Positions 8,475-16,561 of a DNA stretch of 20,390 nt are shown here, piece by piece. The stretch is from an uncultured Pseudomonadota bacterium. Lineage in GTDB: Bacteria > SAR324 > NAC60-12. Within the stretch, counting starts at the first letter, position 1, and each line of letters starts with the position of its first letter. The notes under the pieces are model-generated. The model had not been told where the DNA came from and made no database searches. It worked only from the letters and a program-made list of their open reading frames with translations. Both the position numbers and the translations under genes were made by a program. The stretch covers positions 1-20,390 of the forward strand of contig CAJWCD010000064.1 of assembly GCA_913020725.1 (NCBI GenBank), in the 5' to 3' direction.

Positions 8475-9393
8475 CCGGCCCCTGTGGCTGACGTGGGTTC
8501 TCGTGAGCCTGCTGCTGAGTGCCTGTGGGCTGAAAACACCACCACAGCCACAGATGGCCCCACCAGAACTGAAGTGGGTGAACACGCTCTCGGTGCGGCA
8601 ACGTGGCGAGGCCATCCGCTTTGCTTGGAGTTTGGGAGAGCAACTCCCCCTTCCCGTCAACTCTAACCAGCCCCTCCGTTTCCGGATTCTGCCCTACCGC
8701 CTGACCTACCCCTGCCTGGACTGCGAACCTGTCCCGGAGCCCGCCCTTGAGCTTTCGCCGGAACATGCGGCGCAGCTTAAATCCGGACGTGAATGGCGCT
8801 TGGATTTCCTCATTGAACCGGGTGATCTCCACACCCCAGCCTACGCCTTGGAAATCTGGCATCCGCAGGAGGGGCTGGTGGAGCGCACACCCAGCGTGGC
8901 TCTACAAGCACGGGCACTTTTCCCACAACCCGCCCCACCGCTCTTGCAGCGGCTGGCTTCCGGGGCCGTGCGGATTTCGTGGCAAAGCCCCGGCAATCCA
9001 AGGCAATTCACAACAAGCCAGAAAAGCCTCACTGCACAGGGGTATGCCGCCAATGTTTACGGATCCTCAGAACGTGAGGCATTCAACGAAAGTTTGCTCA
9101 ACACCAAACCGGTTTTGACCGCAGGCTGGCTGTTTTTCCCTTCCAGAGGAAGTGGTGCAATCGAGAAAAACAAACAGAAAATGACCTCATTGTCGGGAAC
9201 TCAACGACTCGCCCGTTCCACATTTTGGATTGCTTTACCTCCGCCTCCAGAGGATACTTGGTACTTTTCACTTCGCTGGGTTGATCGTTTTGGAAATGAG
9301 AGTTTGGCTTCCGAAGCGGTAACCATTTCCCTACCCGCGACCGTCCCACCGCAGTCATGGCGGATGTTTTGGCCCTTACCACTTGTTCACTGA
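8404..9393 (+). CDS. Putative lipoprotein with CxxC motif and FN3-like beta-sandwich character; start uncertain
   Basis: Hydrophobic stretch and lipobox LSA-C, followed by GLKTPPQP. Also CLDC and a C-terminal WVDRFGNESLASE motif. Fills the gap between ghrA and the TPR gene. No in-frame ATG precedes the signal peptide. Confidence 0.7.
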   Translation: MRTTSVLYKDALCSIRWIRQSGTDRPLWLTWVLVSLLLSACGLKTPPQPQMAPPELKWVNTLSVRQRGEAIRFAWSLGEQLPLPVNSNQPLRFRILPYRLTYPCLDCEPVPEPALELSPEHAAQLKSGREWRLDFLIEPGDLHTPAYALEIWHPQEGLVERTPSVALQARALFPQPAPPLLQRLASGAVRISWQSPGNPRQFTTSQKSLTAQGYAANVYGSSEREAFNESLLNTKPVLTAGWLFFPSRGSGAIEKNKQKMTSLSGTQRLARSTFWIALPPPPEDTWYFSLRWVDRFGNESLASEAVTISLPATVPPQSWRMFWPLPLVH

Positions 9394-11282
9394 AAACCCG
9401 ACACAGGGTTATTCTGATCGGCATATTGGTCGGAGTGCTGGCGGCTTGCACGTCAACGCCCCCACCCCTCCCTCCGCTTCCAGAAACCCCTGCGCAGTTG
9501 CAGCAAGTGGTGGTGAAAACCCAGCAGCAACTGCTCGAAAACCCAGAGGGCATCCGGCTTCACCAGCGGGTGGCCCAAGCGCATCTCATGCTTGGAGAGT
9601 TTGAACACGCAGATCGGCAGGCACGTGAAGCATTGCGACTGGCTCCTCTGGATCCGGACTTGATCGAGTTGCAGGGAACCATTGCAATGGCACTGGGAAA
9701 GAACAGCCGTGCGCTCAAATTCTTCCAGTCTGCCCTGCGGATCAAACCGGATCGCCCCTCGCTGCACCGCAAGACCGGACAGGTGCATGAACGCCTGAAC
9801 GAACTTCCGCAGGCGGTTTCTGCCCTAGAGGAAGCCTTGCAGCACGACCGCAACGATCGGGTGGCTCTTCATCTGCTCGCGCAGATTCAACTGCGTCAGC
9901 GGCTTTTCGAGGATGCTTTGGAAACCGTCCAACTCTTGCTGATTCAAGAACCGGGAGCGGCGGCGGCACGACAACTGCGCATCCGGATTTACTTGGAGCA
10001 AGGCAATCTCTACTACGCAAAAACGTTGATTGAGCAAGGCTTGCAGGACACTCCAGAATCGATTGACCTGCAACTGAATCTACTGCGGGTGCATTATCTT
10101 CAGGAAGAGTGGGATACCGTGCTGTCCTTAGCCAGCACACTGGAGGCGAGTCAACCGTTGCCGTCCGAAGCACAGGTGATCCGGGCACTGACCTATGTGC
10201 AGCGGCGCGAGTACGAGACGGGCCGTCAACAGTTGGAACCCTTGGTTCAGAAAACCCCGCTGGATGCTGAACTGCTGCTGGCAATGGGCTTTCTGGAATT
10301 GGGGGAAGGGAACCTCCGTGAAGCCACCGTCTGGCTTGAACGTGCGGTGCAGGTGAACCCAAAGTCTGCACTGGCGCATTACCTGCGGGCTTCGGTTCAC
10401 TTGCGGCAAGGAGATACCCTGCAAGGCAACCTCGCCTTACAACGGGCATTGGAACTGGACCCGCACAATCCCAAGTACCGACAGTTGCACCTGCAAGCCC
10501 TGCTGTTGGATGGGCAGTTGCTGCAAGTGGAGCGCACGCTGAAATCTTGGCGCAAGTCCGAACCCCTCAATCCGGACCTGATGTTTCTGGAGAGCCAGCA
10601 CCTCTTGCTGAAGCGCCAGTATAGCGAAGCCGAAACCCTCGTGCGGCAGGCGTTGGCCATTCAGGGGAGCGAACCGCTGAATTTGTTGCTGGTGCAGGCG
10701 CTTTATCTCCAAGGCAAGTACGCCAGTGCCCTAGAAGGCTCGGAAGCCCTCTTTCTGCAGCAACCGTGGCACTGGGAGATTGTTCACCTGCATGCTCGAA
10801 TCTTGGCGCGAGTGGGGCGGATGGAGTCTGCGAAAAAGCTTGGAGAACGCTTTATTTTTCGGCAGGATTCCCAAGGGCAGGCCCATCTCTTGTTGGGGGA
10901 TTTACACCGCGAGCAAAACGATCCGGCTCGTGCCATTAAGCACTACCAAACCGGGCTGGAACGTTATCCGGAACACACCGCCTTGTTGGATGCCCTCAGT
11001 TCTGCTCATGCCGAAGCCGGGCAGTGGACTGAACTTCGGGACTTGTTGGAAATCCGGGTCCGACGGGATGCGGTACAGGATTCTGCCCTCGTTTTGCGCT
11101 TGCTCGAACGATTGATTCTCGCCTACCGGAACCTTGGAGAAAACGAGCGGGCGCGGGAAACCTGGGTCCGATATCAAGAACTCAACACCGGACGCAACGG
11201 GCAGCAACCACTCTTGTTGCCCGATCCTTTCATTCTGCCCTCGCGGATCCGGAGTCGACTGGGTGCCGAACTTTCCGGCTAA
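9357..11282 (+). CDS. TPR-repeat lipoprotein
   Basis: 641 aa. Lipobox LAA-C, a Pro-rich linker and many TPR-like units ending in ALRLAP, ALRIKP, AVQVNP, ALELDP and GLERYP. Confidence 0.88.
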   Translation: MADVLALTTCSLKTRHRVILIGILVGVLAACTSTPPPLPPLPETPAQLQQVVVKTQQQLLENPEGIRLHQRVAQAHLMLGEFEHADRQAREALRLAPLDPDLIELQGTIAMALGKNSRALKFFQSALRIKPDRPSLHRKTGQVHERLNELPQAVSALEEALQHDRNDRVALHLLAQIQLRQRLFEDALETVQLLLIQEPGAAAARQLRIRIYLEQGNLYYAKTLIEQGLQDTPESIDLQLNLLRVHYLQEEWDTVLSLASTLEASQPLPSEAQVIRALTYVQRREYETGRQQLEPLVQKTPLDAELLLAMGFLELGEGNLREATVWLERAVQVNPKSALAHYLRASVHLRQGDTLQGNLALQRALELDPHNPKYRQLHLQALLLDGQLLQVERTLKSWRKSEPLNPDLMFLESQHLLLKRQYSEAETLVRQALAIQGSEPLNLLLVQALYLQGKYASALEGSEALFLQQPWHWEIVHLHARILARVGRMESAKKLGERFIFRQDSQGQAHLLLGDLHREQNDPARAIKHYQTGLERYPEHTALLDALSSAHAEAGQWTELRDLLEIRVRRDAVQDSALVLRLLERLILAYRNLGENERARETWVRYQELNTGRNGQQPLLLPDPFILPSRIRSRLGAELSG

Positions 11283-11373
11283 ACCATTGTGCTGCCCGTG
11301 TGCAGGATAACGTATTGCCTGATGACCCGAGCTTCAATGTTTGTTAGAAGCTGTTGACCGACATGACTTATTT

Positions 11374-14300
11374 ATGACCAACAAAACCAAACCGTCTTCA
11401 AAGAGAACCCGCAACGCTTTCCGAATGGCGGAGGCGATGTCGCATGACCTCGCCCTGAAATCCCGACGCCCCAGCACGGGAACGGATTCCGGCATTCTCG
11501 GTCTGCTGCCGAACAAGATGATCCGCGAGCAAATCCGGGAACTGCGGCGTTTGGATGTGGATGCCTACATCCAGCGTGTGGTGCTACCTTCTGAGAACCA
11601 GAAACGCCTCAGCACCCAAGAGGTGATCCAAAAACTGGGGGGCAAGCTGATCTCCGAGGATTCCGATGGCCCGTTGTACACGGCAGAACTTGAATTCCTG
11701 ATGAGCGGGCGACTGCGTCGCATTGGGGTGCTGGCGCAGAATCACAAAGTCCAAAACGGCATCTGGTACCCCCATCACCACCGACGGGCGGCAGAGAAAA
11801 TCCGCTTCTTCGCGTCTCACTCCATGCCGCTCGTGACCTTCATGGACACCCCCGGAGCGGCTGCAGATTCTGATGCCAACCTGCAAAACCAGGCACACAG
11901 CATCTCGTTTCTAATCGCCGAGATGGCTAACCTCCAGCTTCCGGTGGTTGGCGTTGTTTTCGGATGCGGCTACAGCGGAGGCGCGATTCCGTTGGCAACA
12001 GCGAACGTGCTGCTCTCCATCCGGGAGGGGGTCTTCAACACCATCCACCCTCGCGGTTTAAGCAACATCGCCCGCAAGTACAACCTCTCGTGGCAGGAAT
12101 CCGCCAAGTACATTGGCGTGTCCTCGTATGAGTTGTGGGATCAGGGCTATTTCGATGGCATTGTGGATTTCAGCCTCTCGGATTCGAAGCGGGTCTTGCC
12201 GCTCAAGACCGCGATCCTCAGTGCGATTGAGCATGTGGAGGAGAACGCACGGGACTTCCTGAAAGAAAACCCCTTCTTTTTTGAGCACTACCGCGACAGC
12301 ATTCAGCGCTACCTCAACCCCTCCGAACTGCTGATCGAGAACAACCGCAAGACCGACCGCACTCCGACCGGCACCCTCAACATTTTCGGGGTGGTCTATC
12401 GTTACACACGCTATCTGGGGTTGCGGCAACGTATCACCAGCCGCTCCGTTCACCAATACTCCCGGCTCAGCCATCGCAAGACGCCCAGTGGGATGCTGCT
12501 GGAACGGCAAGCCCGAGAGCGGGAGGAGAAGTTCACGCGCTGGCTGGAGGCTCCGCTGGAACTGCGCTACCACGATGGGCTCAACAAACGCTTCCAGCAG
12601 TATCAAAACGCACAGGACAACCGCAGCAAGGAGCGCGGACGCTTCGCAGCTTTTTTCATGGGCGACCCTCGCGAGAACTACGACAAGGCGCTGGATGACC
12701 TCGTTTTTGATGCGTTGTTTTATCTCTACAATTTTTGGAAGGACAGCATCCACGAGAACCTCCTGAACCTCAATCAGCACCTCGGCACCCTCGCTGTGTT
12801 GGAAACGCTTCCTGAGCAGCCGGACTTGCTGACCCTCCTGCGCCTTCCGGAAGTCCGGGCACGCTTCGAGGAGAACTTTCCGAACCTCCTGCTCTTCGAC
12901 CTGCTCTACAATCAAGTGATTGACGGCCTGCCTTCGATTGCCGGAGAACTCAAGGGCAGCAACCGTATTTCGGAAGAGTCGGTGGCCAAGCTCTTTGACG
13001 AAGCGCTGGAGCGGGCGCTTGCCCAGCTTGAGCAATCCGAACTTCCCGTGGACCGTGAGCAAACCCGCAAGCGCTTTTTCGACTGGCTCAGCGCCTTCAT
13101 CTCGCAGAAAACCTGTGACGAGGTGATGGGAACGATCAGCGCGTGGAAGCGGGTGGTGTTTCCGCGCATGAGTCCTCCGCTCTTTGGGCTGGTGCGCTAC
13201 TACTTCTCCGGACTGCTGCCCTCGTTGCACACCGCCCAGCAGGGCAGTGGCAAGTTCGACGGCAAGATCACCCCCAAGAACATTGGCATCAAGGATTTCT
13301 GGAACCGACTGGACCAAGCTTACAAGGACCTCCTCATCCAAAACCTGCTGCGCTCCTGCAAGCGCAAAACCATCGCCCCCAACGACATCATTGACCGCTT
13401 CTTCGCGGGCTTCCAGGAGTTTTACGCCGACCGCATCACCGCGAACCCCCTCCAGTTTCCGGGCTTCCGGGAGGCCATCGAAAGAGCTTTGGCCCAAGGC
13501 GTGGTGCCCTGCGGGGTGGTGACCGGGCTGGCGCAATTCACTCCGGACTCGCAGGCGGAAGGCCGTGCTGCCGAAAAAGCAGCGGCGCCCTTCCGGGTGG
13601 GGCTGGTGGTGAGCAACAGCGCATTTCAGGCCGGAGCCTTCGACATGGCGAGTTGCGAGAAAGTTTGTCGCTTGCTCGACGAATGTGCCCGCCTCAAGCT
13701 TCCCGTCATCTTCTTCATCTCCTCGGCAGGAATGCAAACCAAGGAAGGCGCAGGCGCTCTGTTCTCGATGGCGATCATCAACGACCGCATCACGCGCTTT
13801 GTGAAGGAACTCGACCTGCCCGTGGTTTGCTTCGGCTACCGCGATTGCACAGGTGGGGCGCAGGCGAGCTTTGTCACGCATCCGCTGGTGCGGACCTACT
13901 ACCTCTCCGGAGCGCAGATTCCCTTTGCCGGACAACTTGTTGTCGAAAGTCATTTGCCTGCGCATTCCACGCTCGCCAACTACCTCTCCCGGACTCCGGA
14001 GACGATGGATGGACTCGTGATCAATCCCTTTGACGAGGGGCTTGACGAGCATCTCCGGGAGATTGACCCCGACTTGCCGGTTCCGCAAAACACGGTGAGT
14101 GAGGTGATGGGGCGGGTCTTGTCCGGAGAGTATCAGTTGCAGGTCGGCGTGGAGGCCGAGGGGGGCAGCCTCAGTCAGGAGCAGCTCAACACTGATCCGA
14201 TCCGTCGGGTGCTGATCCACGCCCGAGGCTGCACGGCGACCCGTCTGATCCGGGCCTCCCAGTCGGCGGGCATGGAGGTCGTGCTGGTCGCCTCTGATCC

Positions 14301-15945
14301 GGACATGGAAAGCTACCCGGCCTCGCTGATCCGCAAGCAGGACCGCCTCGTCTGCATTGGCGGCAGCACCCCGCAGGACAGCTACCTCAACGCGATGAGC
14401 GTGATCCGCATTGCGGAGCAGGAGGAGGCGGATGCGATTCACCCAGGAATCGGCTTCCTCTCCGAATCGCCTCGCTACGCCCGCATTTGCCGCGAACACG
14501 GTTTCAATTTCATTGGGCCGCGTGCGCACAGCATGGACCTGATGGGCAACAAATCCAATGCGATCGCTACCGCCCGCAGTCTCAAAATTCCGGTAGTTCC
14601 GGGTAGCGAGGGAGCCTTGGTGGACCCCGTCCACGCAGCGGGGGTGGCGGAGGAAATCGGCTTTCCAGTCTTGATCAAGGCGACGCATGGCGGTGGTGGC
14701 AAGGGCATCCACATCGTGGATGCCCCGGAAGAATTCCCGGCCATCTTCTCCCGGATGTCCCAAGAGGCGTTGAGTGCCTTTGGAAACGGCGATCTCTATC
14801 TGGAGAAGTTCATCGGCTCGATGCGTCACTTAGAAGTGCAGGTGATCCGGGATTTGCAGGGCAACTCGAAGCTGCTGCACATCCGGGATTGCTCAGTTCA
14901 GCGCAGCTATCAGAAGCTCATCGAGGAATCCGCATTCGCCCTGCCTCAGGAAATCCGCCACGAAGTTTTCGACCACTCACTCCGACTCATTGATGAGATG
15001 GACTATGTGGGCGCAGGCACGGTTGAGTTCATTTACGATCTCAAGGACCGCTGCGTGTATTTCATGGAAATGAACACACGCTTGCAGGTTGAACATCCGG
15101 TGTCGGAGATGGTCACAGGGGTGGACCTCGTGAAGCAGCAATTCGGCATCGCCTCCGGCGAGAGCATCGCTCAGCTCAAGCCCCGCAACGATGGACACGC
15201 CATCGAAGTCAGGATCAACGCAGAGCGTGTGGAAATCACCGATTCAGGTGAGTTGCGCTTTGTGCCGGCTCCGGGAGAAGTCACCGATTTCGACTTTCCG
15301 GAAGAGTCCCATGTGCGCGTGATCCCTGCTGTGCAACCCAACTCGGTGGTTTCCCCGCACTACGACAGCCTCATCGCGCAGGTCATCGTTTGGGGCAGAT
15401 CCCGCAAAGAAGCCGTCTCCCGACTCAGCGATTACTTGGGCCGAGTGCGCATCCACGGAGTGCCGACCAATCTGGAACTACAACGCATGATCCTTGACGA
15501 TGCCGGCTTCCGACGCGGACGCTTTGACACAGCCTTCCTCAAGGGATTCTTTGCACGAATTGAGGTGGAAGAACTCATCCGCCGGACGCAGGAGGCCACC
15601 GGAAAGGCGGCGGATTCCATGGATCGCAGTGCCATCGAATTGGAAGGCGGCAACGAGTTGAAGGTGCTGTCTCCACAGATGGGCGGGTTCTATCGCTCTA
15701 TTTCCCCGGAAGAGGAGGTGCTGGTGGCGGAAGGCAGTGTGGTGGATGTCAACCAGCCGCTCTGCTTGCTGGAATCTATGAAGGTGTTCTCTGAATTGAA
15801 ACTGCGCTCCTTCCGCAGTGCGGCGGGGGAGGGGCTTTACCCGGAAACCAGCCACTACCGCATCACACGCATCCTCGCTGAAGACAAGCAGACCGTGAGT
15901 GCCGGAGATTTGCTCTTTGTCGTGCAGCCGGTTGAAACCCGTTAG
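11374..15945 (+). CDS. Single-chain biotin-dependent acyl-CoA carboxylase: CT-alpha, large insert, CT-beta, biotin carboxylase, BCCP
   Basis: AccA-like FMDTPGA and GYSGGA. AccD-like GVVTG, CTGGAQASF and IPFAGQLVVE. BC motifs DAIHPGIGFLSE, MGNKSNA, GGGGKG, RDCSVQR, FMEMNTRLQVEHPV and AIEVRINAE. Biotinyl motif ESMK at 15772-15783. ATG 11374 preferred over TTG 11341. Confidence 0.93.
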   Translation: MTNKTKPSSKRTRNAFRMAEAMSHDLALKSRRPSTGTDSGILGLLPNKMIREQIRELRRLDVDAYIQRVVLPSENQKRLSTQEVIQKLGGKLISEDSDGPLYTAELEFLMSGRLRRIGVLAQNHKVQNGIWYPHHHRRAAEKIRFFASHSMPLVTFMDTPGAAADSDANLQNQAHSISFLIAEMANLQLPVVGVVFGCGYSGGAIPLATANVLLSIREGVFNTIHPRGLSNIARKYNLSWQESAKYIGVSSYELWDQGYFDGIVDFSLSDSKRVLPLKTAILSAIEHVEENARDFLKENPFFFEHYRDSIQRYLNPSELLIENNRKTDRTPTGTLNIFGVVYRYTRYLGLRQRITSRSVHQYSRLSHRKTPSGMLLERQAREREEKFTRWLEAPLELRYHDGLNKRFQQYQNAQDNRSKERGRFAAFFMGDPRENYDKALDDLVFDALFYLYNFWKDSIHENLLNLNQHLGTLAVLETLPEQPDLLTLLRLPEVRARFEENFPNLLLFDLLYNQVIDGLPSIAGELKGSNRISEESVAKLFDEALERALAQLEQSELPVDREQTRKRFFDWLSAFISQKTCDEVMGTISAWKRVVFPRMSPPLFGLVRYYFSGLLPSLHTAQQGSGKFDGKITPKNIGIKDFWNRLDQAYKDLLIQNLLRSCKRKTIAPNDIIDRFFAGFQEFYADRITANPLQFPGFREAIERALAQGVVPCGVVTGLAQFTPDSQAEGRAAEKAAAPFRVGLVVSNSAFQAGAFDMASCEKVCRLLDECARLKLPVIFFISSAGMQTKEGAGALFSMAIINDRITRFVKELDLPVVCFGYRDCTGGAQASFVTHPLVRTYYLSGAQIPFAGQLVVESHLPAHSTLANYLSRTPETMDGLVINPFDEGLDEHLREIDPDLPVPQNTVSEVMGRVLSGEYQLQVGVEAEGGSLSQEQLNTDPIRRVLIHARGCTATRLIRASQSAGMEVVLVASDPDMESYPASLIRKQDRLVCIGGSTPQDSYLNAMSVIRIAEQEEADAIHPGIGFLSESPRYARICREHGFNFIGPRAHSMDLMGNKSNAIATARSLKIPVVPGSEGALVDPVHAAGVAEEIGFPVLIKATHGGGGKGIHIVDAPEEFPAIFSRMSQEALSAFGNGDLYLEKFIGSMRHLEVQVIRDLQGNSKLLHIRDCSVQRSYQKLIEESAFALPQEIRHEVFDHSLRLIDEMDYVGAGTVEFIYDLKDRCVYFMEMNTRLQVEHPVSEMVTGVDLVKQQFGIASGESIAQLKPRNDGHAIEVRINAERVEITDSGELRFVPAPGEVTDFDFPEESHVRVIPAVQPNSVVSPHYDSLIAQVIVWGRSRKEAVSRLSDYLGRVRIHGVPTNLELQRMILDDAGFRRGRFDTAFLKGFFARIEVEELIRRTQEATGKAADSMDRSAIELEGGNELKVLSPQMGGFYRSISPEEEVLVAEGSVVDVNQPLCLLESMKVFSELKLRSFRSAAGEGLYPETSHYRITRILAEDKQTVSAGDLLFVVQPVETR

Positions 15946-15963
15946 ATTTGCCCGAAAAACCGT

Positions 15964-16302
15964 TTATTGGCTGGGTGTGATACGGGGTTGTGCGGGGTCA
16001 GGTGGCATGAGATTCGCGAGGTTGCCGTACTTGACCATGCTCTGAAGCAGACGGTAGTCGATCTTGCCCGAAGTTGTCCCCTTGCTGCCCTTCCGAGTCA
16101 TCAGCCATGCCAGCCGCCACACGCTGCGCGTGATTGCTTCTTCGGTCATGGGACGCAGCACAGCGGCCTGTGGATTTTCCCCGGCCTGCGCCGCTGCTTC
16201 TTGACCCACGACGGGAGCAGCACCCACTAGCAGCAAGACAAGGGCAAGCAGCAGTCCGTAAGTTTTTGTTACCTGAGTCATCCAACTTCCATGTTTGATC
16301 AT
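15964..16302 (-). CDS. Small hypothetical exported protein
   Basis: 112 aa with a signal-peptide-like segment KTYGLLLALVLLLVGAAPVVG-QE. Co-oriented with rarA. The start may be the second Met. Confidence 0.6.
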   Translation of the reverse strand: MIKHGSWMTQVTKTYGLLLALVLLLVGAAPVVGQEAAAQAGENPQAAVLRPMTEEAITRSVWRLAWLMTRKGSKGTTSGKIDYRLLQSMVKYGNLANLMPPDPAQPRITPSQ

Positions 16303-16348
16303 TCGTCAGGATCGGTTTGTGCCAAGAGATCCTGCATTGCAAAGGATC

Positions 16349-16561
16349 TCAGCGTCCGGGCTTGCAGACGAGTAGTGCCCGCTCGTACTTGCCAAAACGC
16401 TGGGTGCTGAGTACTTCAAAATCGCCGTGACAGCGCTGCACCGCCTTGGCCTGAAACTCGCTGAGATCCCCTTCCTTGTAAAACACCTCATCCACTTTCG
16501 GGGCACACCCGAACAGCAACAACACCGCCAGCAGCACCCCACTCGCATCTCTCCCCGTCAC
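16349..16561 (-). CDS. Small hypothetical lipoprotein (70 aa)
   Basis: GTG at 16561 overlaps the rarA stop (GTGA). Lipobox LFG-C follows a hydrophobic stretch, and two more Cys could form a disulfide. Confidence 0.7.
   Translation of the reverse strand: MTGRDASGVLLAVLLLFGCAPKVDEVFYKEGDLSEFQAKAVQRCHGDFEVLSTQRFGKYERALLVCKPGR

Noticed and set aside
12058..14829. 923-aa antisense ORF opposite the carboxylase
   Set aside because: Shadow frame of a gene with strong codon bias. It has no recognisable motifs and lies entirely within a well-supported gene.
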